DNA of 64,000 bases, from the IMG/VR virus record IMGVR_UViG_3300025098_000014. One strand, given 5' to 3'. The notes below the pieces were generated by a model. It was not told where the DNA came from. It saw nothing but the letters and a program-made list of their open reading frames with translations, and ran no database searches. This document shows positions 44,830 through 54,064 of this stretch, one piece after another (position 1 is the first letter of the stretch; each line of letters starts with the position of its first letter). This stretch comes from a virus. The position numbers and the translations under genes are program-made.

Positions 44830-45384
44830 TTAAATTGCCCTACTATATCCCCGAAGCTGTGGGGAAACATGATCAATATTTGCAGAAATAACTATTCTTC
44901 TTCCCTCATGATCATCAGGAACCCAATGGGGTAAACTAGCGTCAAACGCTAAAACTAGTCCATTTTCTACAGATCTACATGTGTTTCCAAAACAAATAGG
45001 TGCAGAGTTTTCCTCCACATCAATATAAAAAACCAAAGACAACGCTGAGGGAAAGTGACTATGAAATTTTGTCCCTTCATTTGGACCATAATCCATAGCC
45101 CATAGATTAATTACCTCATATATGCCGTTAGTAGAAAAATATTGTTTGCCAATAGAGTTTGCAACCCCTTCAAAGTAATTTACAATTGGAGAAAATCTAG
45201 AATCAACCTCATGAAGATTCCAAGCAGATCTCCAGTTAGCATTGACATTGCTGTCCTTACATGTGTCTGGATTTTCTTTTTTATGATCAAGAATAATTTG
45301 CTTGAACTCATCCAACCTTTCAGTCCATTTAGACTCAAAAATTGGCATTTCAACCTGAACTTTTGACAGTGTTATGGCAGACAT
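44830..45384 (-). CDS. putative 2OG-Fe(II) oxygenase
   Basis: W, HSH, S.V.Y, H.V and R..ISAN motifs. Confidence 0.85.
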   Translation of the reverse strand: MSAITLSKVQVEMPIFESKWTERLDEFKQIILDHKKENPDTCKDSNVNANWRSAWNLHEVDSRFSPIVNYFEGVANSIGKQYFSTNGIYEVINLWAMDYGPNEGTKFHSHFPSALSLVFYIDVEENSAPICFGNTCRSVENGLVLAFDASLPHWVPDDHEGRRIVISANIDHVSPQLRGYSRAI

Positions 45385-45932
45385 ACTTTATCGATATTCA
45401 TGGCGATTGCTATTCTTCTCCCCTTAGTTGGTGGAACAAGATGTGTAAGTAGTCCAGGGAATAAGACCATCATACCATTTTTAACATGCACTTCCTTGTC
45501 TTCTAAAAAGATAGGAGCAACATCTTCTTCAACATCTATGTAGTAGACGCATGACCATGCTGCAGAAAGGTGATCATGGGGAAGAGCTTGGTCACCCTTT
45601 TCCATGACAACTGCCCATAAGGACACCACTTTATAATCTGCATGAGTGTCAAAGACATGCTTCATGATGTATTTTAGCACATGCAAAGCATAATCGCCAA
45701 CAGGGAGAAATCTTTCGTCAGTTTCGCATGTGTCCCATTTGGTCAACCAGGCTTTAACAGAATGGCCTGCTGTCTCGTTAGTATCCAGATACTCTGGATC
45801 TTTCTCTCTTTTTTCTAAAATTATATCTTTGAATTTATTAAATTCTTCAGGACCATCTTCAATGACGAAGGTGGGCAGCTGACTGACCACCTTGTCGTAA
45901 TGAATAGTCTTAGATGTAGGTCCGTTCTCCAT
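45372..45932 (-). CDS. putative 2OG-Fe(II) oxygenase
   Basis: HDH, WSCVYY, FPG.L.H.V and RIAIAMN motifs. Confidence 0.85.
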   Translation of the reverse strand: MENGPTSKTIHYDKVVSQLPTFVIEDGPEEFNKFKDIILEKREKDPEYLDTNETAGHSVKAWLTKWDTCETDERFLPVGDYALHVLKYIMKHVFDTHADYKVVSLWAVVMEKGDQALPHDHLSAAWSCVYYIDVEEDVAPIFLEDKEVHVKNGMMVLFPGLLTHLVPPTKGRRIAIAMNIDKVCLP

Positions 45933-48900
45933 CCTGTCCACCAAGCGTCATGATACTGAGTTCGCCCAAGTCTTCAAGGGCAGGGATTCCATTATACACC
46001 CTAACGGTATATCCGTTAACTGTTCTGTCAGAAATTCGTAAATTAACGATACCACCTGGGAAAGCATTTGTACCACTTGCGATACCAATGACAGCATAGT
46101 CAGTATCATTCATTGCATCAGCAAAGTTCACAGTGTATGTTCCTGTTGCAGTTTGTAAAATAGAACTTACATTGTGTGAACGATCTCCAGGGACATAATC
46201 ACTATTACCAACGCCCAGATTGCTGTTCATGTACCAGGAGGTAGCACGACCCTCATAGAACTGGGTGTAAGTAGCAGTCTTGAGACCTACAAGGTTCTTA
46301 AACTCCCCAACTCTGCTGACCTTATGGAAATCATTATTGAACACTTGGATGGAGTTACCCATGTTTCCAAATTGTGTTCCAACACCAGCACCATAGTAAA
46401 GTTGCTGTGGAGTGTTCTCGTCAATGAGAATTTCAGTATAAGTTCCAGTCTCAGTTACATTATCAGAGAACTGGTTCGGAGTTGTTGTACCAAATCCTAC
46501 TGCAGAACCATCTGGAGCATAGTAGAACCTGATCGGATAGTTTGCCTGCTGTGCTGCATTGGTAAAGCGATAGGTTTGACCTACTTCAAATCTCAGATAA
46601 GGTGATTCATAACCCTGAACATTGATAGAACGATCGGATCCAATACCAAAGTATCTGTGATCTGCTGTCTTTGTACCAATAGTAGTAGGTAGAGGCTTGA
46701 ATGTACCCTCAAACTCCGTGTAAAGGTTCTTAGCGGTGTCTGCAGCACCCGTTAAGGTGGAGAAACTAGAACTATTAGCAAAGAGTGCATTGTTTGCCTG
46801 AGAGGCGAGTCCAGCGAGCGTAGCGTAGGTAGCAATGCCAGCAATGATTGCTTCAGACGCAATGCCTGCAAGTGTAGCACGAGGTGCCTCGTTAATCGTT
46901 ACTGTAACGATACCAGCAGAGACTGGACTTACATCAAGACCAGCATTAAAGTTAACCGTTCCTGCTGTACCAACTGCGGATCCAGAATCTTGAACGATGA
47001 CACCAGAACCAGAAGCAACAATATTAGTTAACTGAGATCCGTCACCGATGAATCTCGGTGCAGTGATGTCATTACTAGATGTGATTGTAGCAGCAGAGTC
47101 TAATTGAGAAGCTGTTACTGCAGTTAATGCACTGTCAGCAGTAGTTGCCGAGGTTGCTGTAGTTGCTTGAGTAGCAATTCCGGCAACAGTTGCAAAGTCT
47201 GCTTGAGTTGCTTTCGGAACAGAAACACCAGCAGCAAGACTATTAGCAGTTTGTGCAATACTTACAGTATCCGCAGCAGTAATAGTGACAATACCAGCAG
47301 AGATAGGAGATACTGTCAGGTTTTGAGCGAAGTTAATAGTAGCAGCAGTGCCAACAGGACTATCATTGTCCTTAATAATAACACCTGCACCAACACCAGT
47401 TACACCAGTGATGCCGGAACCGTCACCAAAGAACGAATTTGCAGTGATATTACCAGTAGTATTAACATTAATATTTGTACCAATACCAGAAGGACCAGGA
47501 TCCTGAGGTACAGAGTGAGCAACAAATGTTAGGTTGGGTCTAGAACCACGAACAATTAGACTCTGACCTTTAGCAAGAGCAAGGTTATCAATCTGAACAT
47601 CTTGTAGAGGAGCCAGTCTTAGACCAAATACTAAGTAGTCAGACTCTTGGAACTCAGCGATACCGCCAGATGACAGACCGACTGACATACCAACAGTAGA
47701 ATCAGAGTTCTGGTTTGTAGCGTGAACTGTGACTAGACTATCTTCTTGTGCTGTAAAAAACTCAAGGTTAGTATTGATCTGGAAAGGAGGTTTAAATCCA
47801 AGAGTACCAGATCTTCTTCTGCCATGAACCAGAGCAGAGTCAGGACCTAACTTATCAAACTTTCTAGTAGCAAAGGCAAGGAAAGAGATGTTAGGGTCGA
47901 AAGAAGATACGAAAATTTTATCTCCAGGTTTAATACCAACTTTCTCAATCAGTCTCGTACCACCTCTTTCTAGAGGAATACCATAAGTGATAAAGTCACT
48001 CTGCTTAAATCCTGGTGTACTAGAGATACCAATAGAGAATGTAGAGCGGAAGTCATTCTGGTTTGCAACACTGATACTAACCTCAAGGAGGTTATCTGAC
48101 TCATACAACTGAACGGGCTCAACAACACCATTCGTCAGTGTTGTTTTAATAGAAGCAAGTCTACCTACCTCGGCAAGAGCGGCACCAGGAGTGGTGAATG
48201 TGACGACTGCTGAGAAAGGAGATGCATGTGCAACACCAGATGTGCCATCAGCATTAGATAGATGACGACATCTTACATAGAAAGTATGACTAGAGTTAAG
48301 TCCATCAGGAATTATTTGAGATAGAGAAGTATTATTATCACCAACACTAGTAAATACTATGGTAGTAAATCCACTATCTTCAGCAACTTCAAATTCAACT
48401 GCTTTTAAAGTACCAGATACTGCTTCACTATCAATAGAAACAAATGCACTGGATACAAGAGCAATACCAAATCTCTGATTTAGAGTAGTTCCACTAATAG
48501 GTGATGTAATAGTAGGTGCTTGAACACCAGGAGCATTACCTAAGGTAGAGAATGAAACAATACCTACAGAATAATCAGATGTATAAGAAGTGAATGCGGT
48601 GCCATCATCGTTAGATAAATGTCTGACACGGGCATAGTGTGTAGTGAAACCTGCTAACTGAACATCAACTGTTTGAATTACATTAGTATCATTATCTCCA
48701 GTAGATTCCCAAACAATAGAACTAAAGTCAGATGCGACTGAGAGTTGCATCTCAATTGCTTTTAGAGTACCAGATACGGTAGTGTCTCCAATAGCAACAT
48801 ATTGACTAGATCTTAATTGTAGTCCTTCAGTACTAATACCAATATCATTATTAACTGGAGATTCAACAGAGGGTTCTGTAATACCACCAAATTCTGTTAA

Positions 48901-50859
48901 GATACCTGCGCTGACATCCAAGTAAGCAATTTGGACTAGACCATCTCCAGTGGCAGTTCTTTGATTAAACTGTCCAGTCCACCATCGGTAATCAGAGACA
49001 CCATAGTCAACAGTAGAGAACTGATCGAATAGTAAGTCAGTACCGGTACTAGTACTACCATAAGAAATGAGATTACTAGTACCACCATAACCTGCAGTAC
49101 CCTTACCAACACCTTGTCCACAATCGTTTAATAACCACTTCCTCAAATCTTCAGATGTAGCACCGGGGTTTCTCTGTAGGTATAAAGCAATCAGTCCAGT
49201 AACTACAGGAGCAGCAGCAGATGTACCGTTGAAGTTGGCATCGAAATGAGTAGGGTTATCATATCTCTGGAAGTCTGCATAAGTTCCGCTAGGAAGACCA
49301 GCAGCTAGAGTATCCTCGGCAGGTGCATAAATGTCAACACCAGGACCACTGTTAGAATATTGTGCTTTTCTTTCTTTAAAATTAGATTCTACAAAGTCAT
49401 CAAGAGCACCCACATTAATAACAGGATGGTATCCAGTAAACTCATTAAATCCAATACCCTGAGGGTTCATCCAATCTCTATGAGATGTTGGTGTTCTCTG
49501 TCCACCAAACTCAGTCCTTGGATCATTAACACCGAATCTTAAATCCTCAACTCCATTAAGTCTATGAGGATCCGTAAATCCAAGACCAATATACTGGTTG
49601 TTATTACCAGCAGCAGCGACCATAATGACACCGGCTTCCATCATCTCATCGCCAGCAGTATTAGTGGCGTTAGATCTAGATGAAGAAGACCAGGATTTAT
49701 AAGCACCAAGCACTTGATTATTGAAACCAATAATCATATCCTCAACGCCAGATGGATCTCCAGCAGAGAGAGTTGATACATCAATGGTGCTAGAAATACC
49801 AGTAAATTTATATCTTGCAACTCCTGTTGCGTTGACAGCAGCCTGATAACCCCAAGAACCATTAACAACCGTAGGATTTCTTACACCAGTTTGCGTATTT
49901 ACTGGTTTATATAAGTGGAAGAACTTAATGAGATCATAAGATGTCTCAATGTCCATACCAACATTATCAGACACACAAGGCATTGCCCAGATGTTTGACT
50001 TAAATGCCAGACCAAAGTTTTTACCAGCAGCAAGAGATGCAGTTGCAGTACCGTGACCATCGCCTAAGTCGTTGCTACCTGATGTGCCAATACCAATAGC
50101 ACCATTCCTATTGTATCCAGAAGGAATAGAAACTTCAGGAAGAAGAACAAACTCAGAAGATCTAGCGTTGTTATCTTCCCACCATGCTTCTGCTCTGCTG
50201 GTATCAATACCAATAGATCCATCTTCTAATGTAAAAGTAAACCCGTTAACAGCAAAATATCCAGGATCAAGATAATATGGGAAGTCAAGAACGAGATCAA
50301 GCACCCTACTTGTTCCGTCATCGTTCAAGAATTCTGGGTGTGATTGCAGAGTACCAGAGTCTTGAACAACAATATCTACATTTCTACCATCATATAAGAA
50401 CTCAAAGTTACCTTGCTTAGGTGCAATATCACCAACTACACCAGCCCAAAACTCTCCATTGGTTGTAATACCAGAAAGTCTAGGAAGTGCCCAGTTCGTT
50501 CTATTTAATTCTGCAGAGGTTGGATTTGTGGCTGGTGGGCCATTACTATCTAAGTCCCTGTAAATTTTTACATCACCAGAAAATCTGTTGGGCATCACCA
50601 GAGATGGATCTGGAAAGCTTTCTCTATTATCTTTTAGTGAAAGTTCAATCCACTTGACATAAGGATGACGACCAATCTCTTGAGCCTCATCATCCGTTAA
50701 CTCATAAGTACCACGAACCGCACTGATTGAGTGCGAGTCGGTACAAGTTATTTGTCTGTCTGGAATTCCATCTTGGTTTGAGTCAATGGTGAGAGCACCA
50801 TGAATATCATTCCAATGTTCTGCACTGGTAACTGCCAGGGTATATCTTTTAAGAGTCAT
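45910..50859 (-). CDS. large virion protein: S8 subtilase domain plus repeat and fibre domains
   Basis: VQDSG, GHGTATAS, AAAGN and NGTSAAAPVV catalytic motifs; F.GDGS fibre motifs; late promoter at 50892-50898. Confidence 0.88.
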   Translation of the reverse strand: MTLKRYTLAVTSAEHWNDIHGALTIDSNQDGIPDRQITCTDSHSISAVRGTYELTDDEAQEIGRHPYVKWIELSLKDNRESFPDPSLVMPNRFSGDVKIYRDLDSNGPPATNPTSAELNRTNWALPRLSGITTNGEFWAGVVGDIAPKQGNFEFLYDGRNVDIVVQDSGTLQSHPEFLNDDGTSRVLDLVLDFPYYLDPGYFAVNGFTFTLEDGSIGIDTSRAEAWWEDNNARSSEFVLLPEVSIPSGYNRNGAIGIGTSGSNDLGDGHGTATASLAAGKNFGLAFKSNIWAMPCVSDNVGMDIETSYDLIKFFHLYKPVNTQTGVRNPTVVNGSWGYQAAVNATGVARYKFTGISSTIDVSTLSAGDPSGVEDMIIGFNNQVLGAYKSWSSSSRSNATNTAGDEMMEAGVIMVAAAGNNNQYIGLGFTDPHRLNGVEDLRFGVNDPRTEFGGQRTPTSHRDWMNPQGIGFNEFTGYHPVINVGALDDFVESNFKERKAQYSNSGPGVDIYAPAEDTLAAGLPSGTYADFQRYDNPTHFDANFNGTSAAAPVVTGLIALYLQRNPGATSEDLRKWLLNDCGQGVGKGTAGYGGTSNLISYGSTSTGTDLLFDQFSTVDYGVSDYRWWTGQFNQRTATGDGLVQIAYLDVSAGILTEFGGITEPSVESPVNNDIGISTEGLQLRSSQYVAIGDTTVSGTLKAIEMQLSVASDFSSIVWESTGDNDTNVIQTVDVQLAGFTTHYARVRHLSNDDGTAFTSYTSDYSVGIVSFSTLGNAPGVQAPTITSPISGTTLNQRFGIALVSSAFVSIDSEAVSGTLKAVEFEVAEDSGFTTIVFTSVGDNNTSLSQIIPDGLNSSHTFYVRCRHLSNADGTSGVAHASPFSAVVTFTTPGAALAEVGRLASIKTTLTNGVVEPVQLYESDNLLEVSISVANQNDFRSTFSIGISSTPGFKQSDFITYGIPLERGGTRLIEKVGIKPGDKIFVSSFDPNISFLAFATRKFDKLGPDSALVHGRRRSGTLGFKPPFQINTNLEFFTAQEDSLVTVHATNQNSDSTVGMSVGLSSGGIAEFQESDYLVFGLRLAPLQDVQIDNLALAKGQSLIVRGSRPNLTFVAHSVPQDPGPSGIGTNINVNTTGNITANSFFGDGSGITGVTGVGAGVIIKDNDSPVGTAATINFAQNLTVSPISAGIVTITAADTVSIAQTANSLAAGVSVPKATQADFATVAGIATQATTATSATTADSALTAVTASQLDSAATITSSNDITAPRFIGDGSQLTNIVASGSGVIVQDSGSAVGTAGTVNFNAGLDVSPVSAGIVTVTINEAPRATLAGIASEAIIAGIATYATLAGLASQANNALFANSSSFSTLTGAADTAKNLYTEFEGTFKPLPTTIGTKTADHRYFGIGSDRSINVQGYESPYLRFEVGQTYRFTNAAQQANYPIRFYYAPDGSAVGFGTTTPNQFSDNVTETGTYTEILIDENTPQQLYYGAGVGTQFGNMGNSIQVFNNDFHKVSRVGEFKNLVGLKTATYTQFYEGRATSWYMNSNLGVGNSDYVPGDRSHNVSSILQTATGTYTVNFADAMNDTDYAVIGIASGTNAFPGGIVNLRISDRTVNGYTVRVYNGIPALEDLGELSIMTLGGQDGERTYI

Positions 50860-50932
50860 GCCTCAAAATCTATCGGTGAGCACCTTTTTTATATTTAGGT
50901 ATGGTAGAATATATATTATAAAGAGTCTTACT

Positions 50933-51727
50933 ATGAATATTGTTACTGGAGCAAAAGGTTTCATCGGTAGTCATTTTGCTAAGACCATGAATGATGTACT
51001 TGAAATTGATATTGATAACTGCTTTGATCTTCTGAACAAATTTAATCGTTGGGACGAAGTAGATATGATTATTCATATGGGTGCTCGTTCCTTTACAACA
51101 GATAAGGATGTTGACCTAGTTTATAAGTATAATATTGATTATAGTATAAAATTATTTGAGAAAGCCATTGAGCATGGAATTCCAGTAAAGTATGCATCCT
51201 CAGCATCTACTTATGGAAAATGTGATTCTGGTCCCATCATCAATCCTCTAAATTACTACGCACTATCTAAAGCAACTGTTGATTACTGGGTGCAAGACAA
51301 TATGCACAGATTCTCCCATATCCAGGGGTTTAAGTTCTTTAATGTATACGGTAGCGGTGAGGTTCACAAAGGAGAGCAGGCAAGTCTTGTAAGTAAGTTC
51401 AAGTGGCAATCTGCTACAGGCAAAGTTCACCCCTTTGAAGGATCAAATAAGGTACATAGAGATTATATCTGGGTGGGTGACATTGTAAGTGTTGTTCTCA
51501 CTAATAGTGCAGGCAGTGGCATATACGATCTAGGAACTGGTGCCGCAATTACTATTCAAGAGGTGGCAGATTTAGTCGCACAAAAAACCGAGGCTGTGGT
51601 AGAGGAAGTTCCCTTCCCACCAAACCTCGTTGGTAAGTATCAATATAATACTCAAGCAGATATGAATTGGTTAACTTATAAGTTTAAAACCGTCGCAGAT
51701 TATGTCAATCACCACGATGAATTCTAA
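50933..51727 (+). CDS. hldD: ADP-L-glycero-D-manno-heptose 6-epimerase-like SDR
   Basis: VTGAKGFIGS, YASSASTYG, PLNYYALSK, FNVYG.GE.HKG..AS and YQ..TQAD motifs. Confidence 0.85.
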   Translation: MNIVTGAKGFIGSHFAKTMNDVLEIDIDNCFDLLNKFNRWDEVDMIIHMGARSFTTDKDVDLVYKYNIDYSIKLFEKAIEHGIPVKYASSASTYGKCDSGPIINPLNYYALSKATVDYWVQDNMHRFSHIQGFKFFNVYGSGEVHKGEQASLVSKFKWQSATGKVHPFEGSNKVHRDYIWVGDIVSVVLTNSAGSGIYDLGTGAAITIQEVADLVAQKTEAVVEEVPFPPNLVGKYQYNTQADMNWLTYKFKTVADYVNHHDEF

Positions 51728-52067
51728 TTGAATCAGAGTCAAAGTGTTGCGTTGAAAACTCAAACAGTTCAGAGTCATCCAACGCAATCATCTGATGCTT
51801 TAGTCCAGTAGGAACATAGAACTTATCTCCAGGCTCTAAGACTGTGAGTTCTGCTTTACTAAGATCGTCATCCCACCCATAATATAATGAGATGAGTCCA
51901 CTCTGTAAGTAGAAGGTCTCATCTTTTATTTCATGGTAATGCCAAGAGCATCTCTTATTCTTTTCAATGAATAAGAGTTTACCACAATACATTTCATTAT
52001 TTACAATCCACTTTTCATGACCCCATCCTTTGGGTACGATTTTAATGTCTGAAGAAGTCTTTGTCAT
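51705..52067 (-). CDS. cupin, sugar-isomerase-like
   Basis: KGWG.E.W, S.HYH..KDE.F, H and E.ST.H motifs. Confidence 0.8.
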   Translation of the reverse strand: MTKTSSDIKIVPKGWGHEKWIVNNEMYCGKLLFIEKNKRCSWHYHEIKDETFYLQSGLISLYYGWDDDLSKAELTVLEPGDKFYVPTGLKHQMIALDDSELFEFSTQHFDSDSIRIHRGD

Positions 52068-52368
52068 TGATTCCTTTGTCGTCTATGTAGTAATCAGCTG
52101 AAGGTTTTCCTAAGTATAGATTATGAAACTTACATCCCCATGACTCTATTTGACTCTTAGTAAACTCATAAAACTCTTTCTCAGATAGATCTCTATCATT
52201 ATTATATCTACCCATACCTCTAGCAGTAAGATAGGTAATGATATGACCTTCATCATAGAGTTTATTTATTGTTTGTATGCGATCCCACATGGGTGTTGCA
52301 TGGGTATATCTGTGTTCTCCTTGTCCAGGAAAACAAATAGTACCATCAATATCAACAGTATATCTCAT
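52042..52368 (-). CDS. small HAD-family phosphatase
   Basis: DIDGT, TARG and GKP.AD.YIDDK motifs. Confidence 0.85.
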   Translation of the reverse strand: MRYTVDIDGTICFPGQGEHRYTHATPMWDRIQTINKLYDEGHIITYLTARGMGRYNNDRDLSEKEFYEFTKSQIESWGCKFHNLYLGKPSADYYIDDKGINDKDFFRH

Positions 52369-52934
52369 TCAAAAAAAGTGCAAGTAACATTAAAAGAAAT
52401 AGTAATCCTATTATCTTGTGCAGGTTCAGTACAATGATACAAATCAGAAGGAAATACTAGTACGCTACCTTCACTGATATGTTTAGTATCATAAGAAAAG
52501 TTTTGATATGCCGTGTTAGATGTTCCTGCACCAAAAAATATTGTGTTGTTCTCTTCTCCTACATGAAGAAGATATACTCCAGAGAAAGTAGCGTCAGCAT
52601 GAACATGAGGACCATGCGATTCACCTACCTTATAGTTATTATACCAGATATGTTGTAAGTTTATGTCATCTACATCAGGAATGTTAAAAGGTAGAGACTC
52701 TATGCAAGATGCGACTGGATCAAATACAATTTCAGAAAATAAATCATGAAGTTCAAGGTAGTCTCCAAACTTACCAGACTTATCATTGAAATTATCGTAA
52801 CATGATTCAACTGGTCGTTGCGTTATCCAAGGAAGTAATTTTTCTTTGATCTCATCATGACTCTGCAATTTCTTTTTATAAAGAAAAGGACCAGGAAATA
52901 AAACTAGATCAGATGTTGAGGATTCTATCGACAT
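52365..52934 (-). CDS. putative 2OG-Fe(II) oxygenase
   Basis: WYN, HVH, SGVY, FPS.L.H and RITISFN motifs. Confidence 0.85.
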   Translation of the reverse strand: MSIESSTSDLVLFPGPFLYKKKLQSHDEIKEKLLPWITQRPVESCYDNFNDKSGKFGDYLELHDLFSEIVFDPVASCIESLPFNIPDVDDINLQHIWYNNYKVGESHGPHVHADATFSGVYLLHVGEENNTIFFGAGTSNTAYQNFSYDTKHISEGSVLVFPSDLYHCTEPAQDNRITISFNVTCTFFE

Positions 52935-53703
52935 TATCCATTGTTAGAGTGTAAGTACCAGGATTCTGTACTGCAATAGCAGCCGCCTTATTAGCAAAAC
53001 AAATTGCTTCATCCATTGACGGAAGTTGAATATAATAGAAGACTAAAGCTGCGAGGAAAGTATCTCCAGCTCCAGTTACATCAAATGTCCGAACAAGATC
53101 TACACATGGAAACTTTTTTTTATTCCATGCAGCACCATCAGATCCCATAGTAACAATCATATTAGCAGAGTTAGGAATATGATCTGGATCTAAACCTTCA
53201 AACTCTTTCTTGTTAATTTTGTAGATGACATTATTATACTCAGTAGGTAAGACAGTTTTTTTCGTATCCACAAATATCTTAGTATTAGGATACCTACCAG
53301 CAATGTCACTGATTGTTTTTGCGTCGGGAATATATCCTTTGTCATAGTCCGAAATAACAATAGCATCATATGTTTCATGCAATAAAGCCATCTGCAATTC
53401 AGATGGATGTAAGGGTCTTACATCGGGTTCATTATCTACTCGGACAATCTGTTGGTTAGATCTACTATCAATGTATCTCGTCTTAGTGAGAGGTTCCTTA
53501 TTAGTAAGAAAGGTTACATTAATACCAAGAGACTCTAGATTGGCATGAACATTAGCAGCCATGCCAGGTGCCTGTTCTTTTTCGCTTTGGATCAATATAG
53601 GAACTGGTGCCTCTGGGCTTAGTCTATTGCATGGACCATAGACCCATTCATCAGTACAACTATCCCCGATCAATAATACTTTGTATGGTCTTGCTAGTTG
53701 CAT
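52909..53703 (-). CDS. heptose-7-phosphate kinase (HldE/RfaE domain I, PfkB)
   Basis: RLSPEAPVP, PG.AANV, KTR, ISDYDKG and DVTGAGDTF motifs. Confidence 0.92.
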   Translation of the reverse strand: MQLARPYKVLLIGDSCTDEWVYGPCNRLSPEAPVPILIQSEKEQAPGMAANVHANLESLGINVTFLTNKEPLTKTRYIDSRSNQQIVRVDNEPDVRPLHPSELQMALLHETYDAIVISDYDKGYIPDAKTISDIAGRYPNTKIFVDTKKTVLPTEYNNVIYKINKKEFEGLDPDHIPNSANMIVTMGSDGAAWNKKKFPCVDLVRTFDVTGAGDTFLAALVFYYIQLPSMDEAICFANKAAAIAVQNPGTYTLTMDNVDRILNI

Positions 53704-54064
53704 AATCTTCTAACCTAGGGAAAAAATGTAATTCAGTAGCGTACATAGATCCAATGACTGACTTTCCTTCCCAGTCAGACCCCACTACCATTATATCAGG
53801 TGCAGTAACAGCTATGCACTTTTCTAGTTCCTCATCAGAACCAAATAGAACTACATGATCTACAGTCTTAAGACTTTGTAGCATGTATGCTCTATCTTCG
53901 GCGTTATTTATTGGGCGAGAAGGACCTTTCTTTTCCCTTACCCGCTCATCACTATCAATACCAACAACTACCACATCACCCATAGATTTTGCATACTCTA
54001 AGAGTTGCAAATGTCCAGAGTGAAGGATATCGAAGGTTCCATTTACAAAAACTTTTTTAGTCAT
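53660..54064 (-). CDS. heptose-1-phosphate adenylyltransferase (HldE/RfaE domain II)
   Basis: NGTFDILHSGH, DSD..V...KG..RPIN and G.DW motifs. Confidence 0.88.
   Translation of the reverse strand: MTKKVFVNGTFDILHSGHLQLLEYAKSMGDVVVVGIDSDERVREKKGPSRPINNAEDRAYMLQSLKTVDHVVLFGSDEELEKCIAVTAPDIMVVGSDWEGKSVIGSMYATELHFFPRLEDYATSKTIQSIIDRG

Noticed and set aside
50858-50932. N-terminal extension of the epimerase in the ORF track
   Set aside because: The region is the divergent promoter; the SDR motif begins at ATG 50933.
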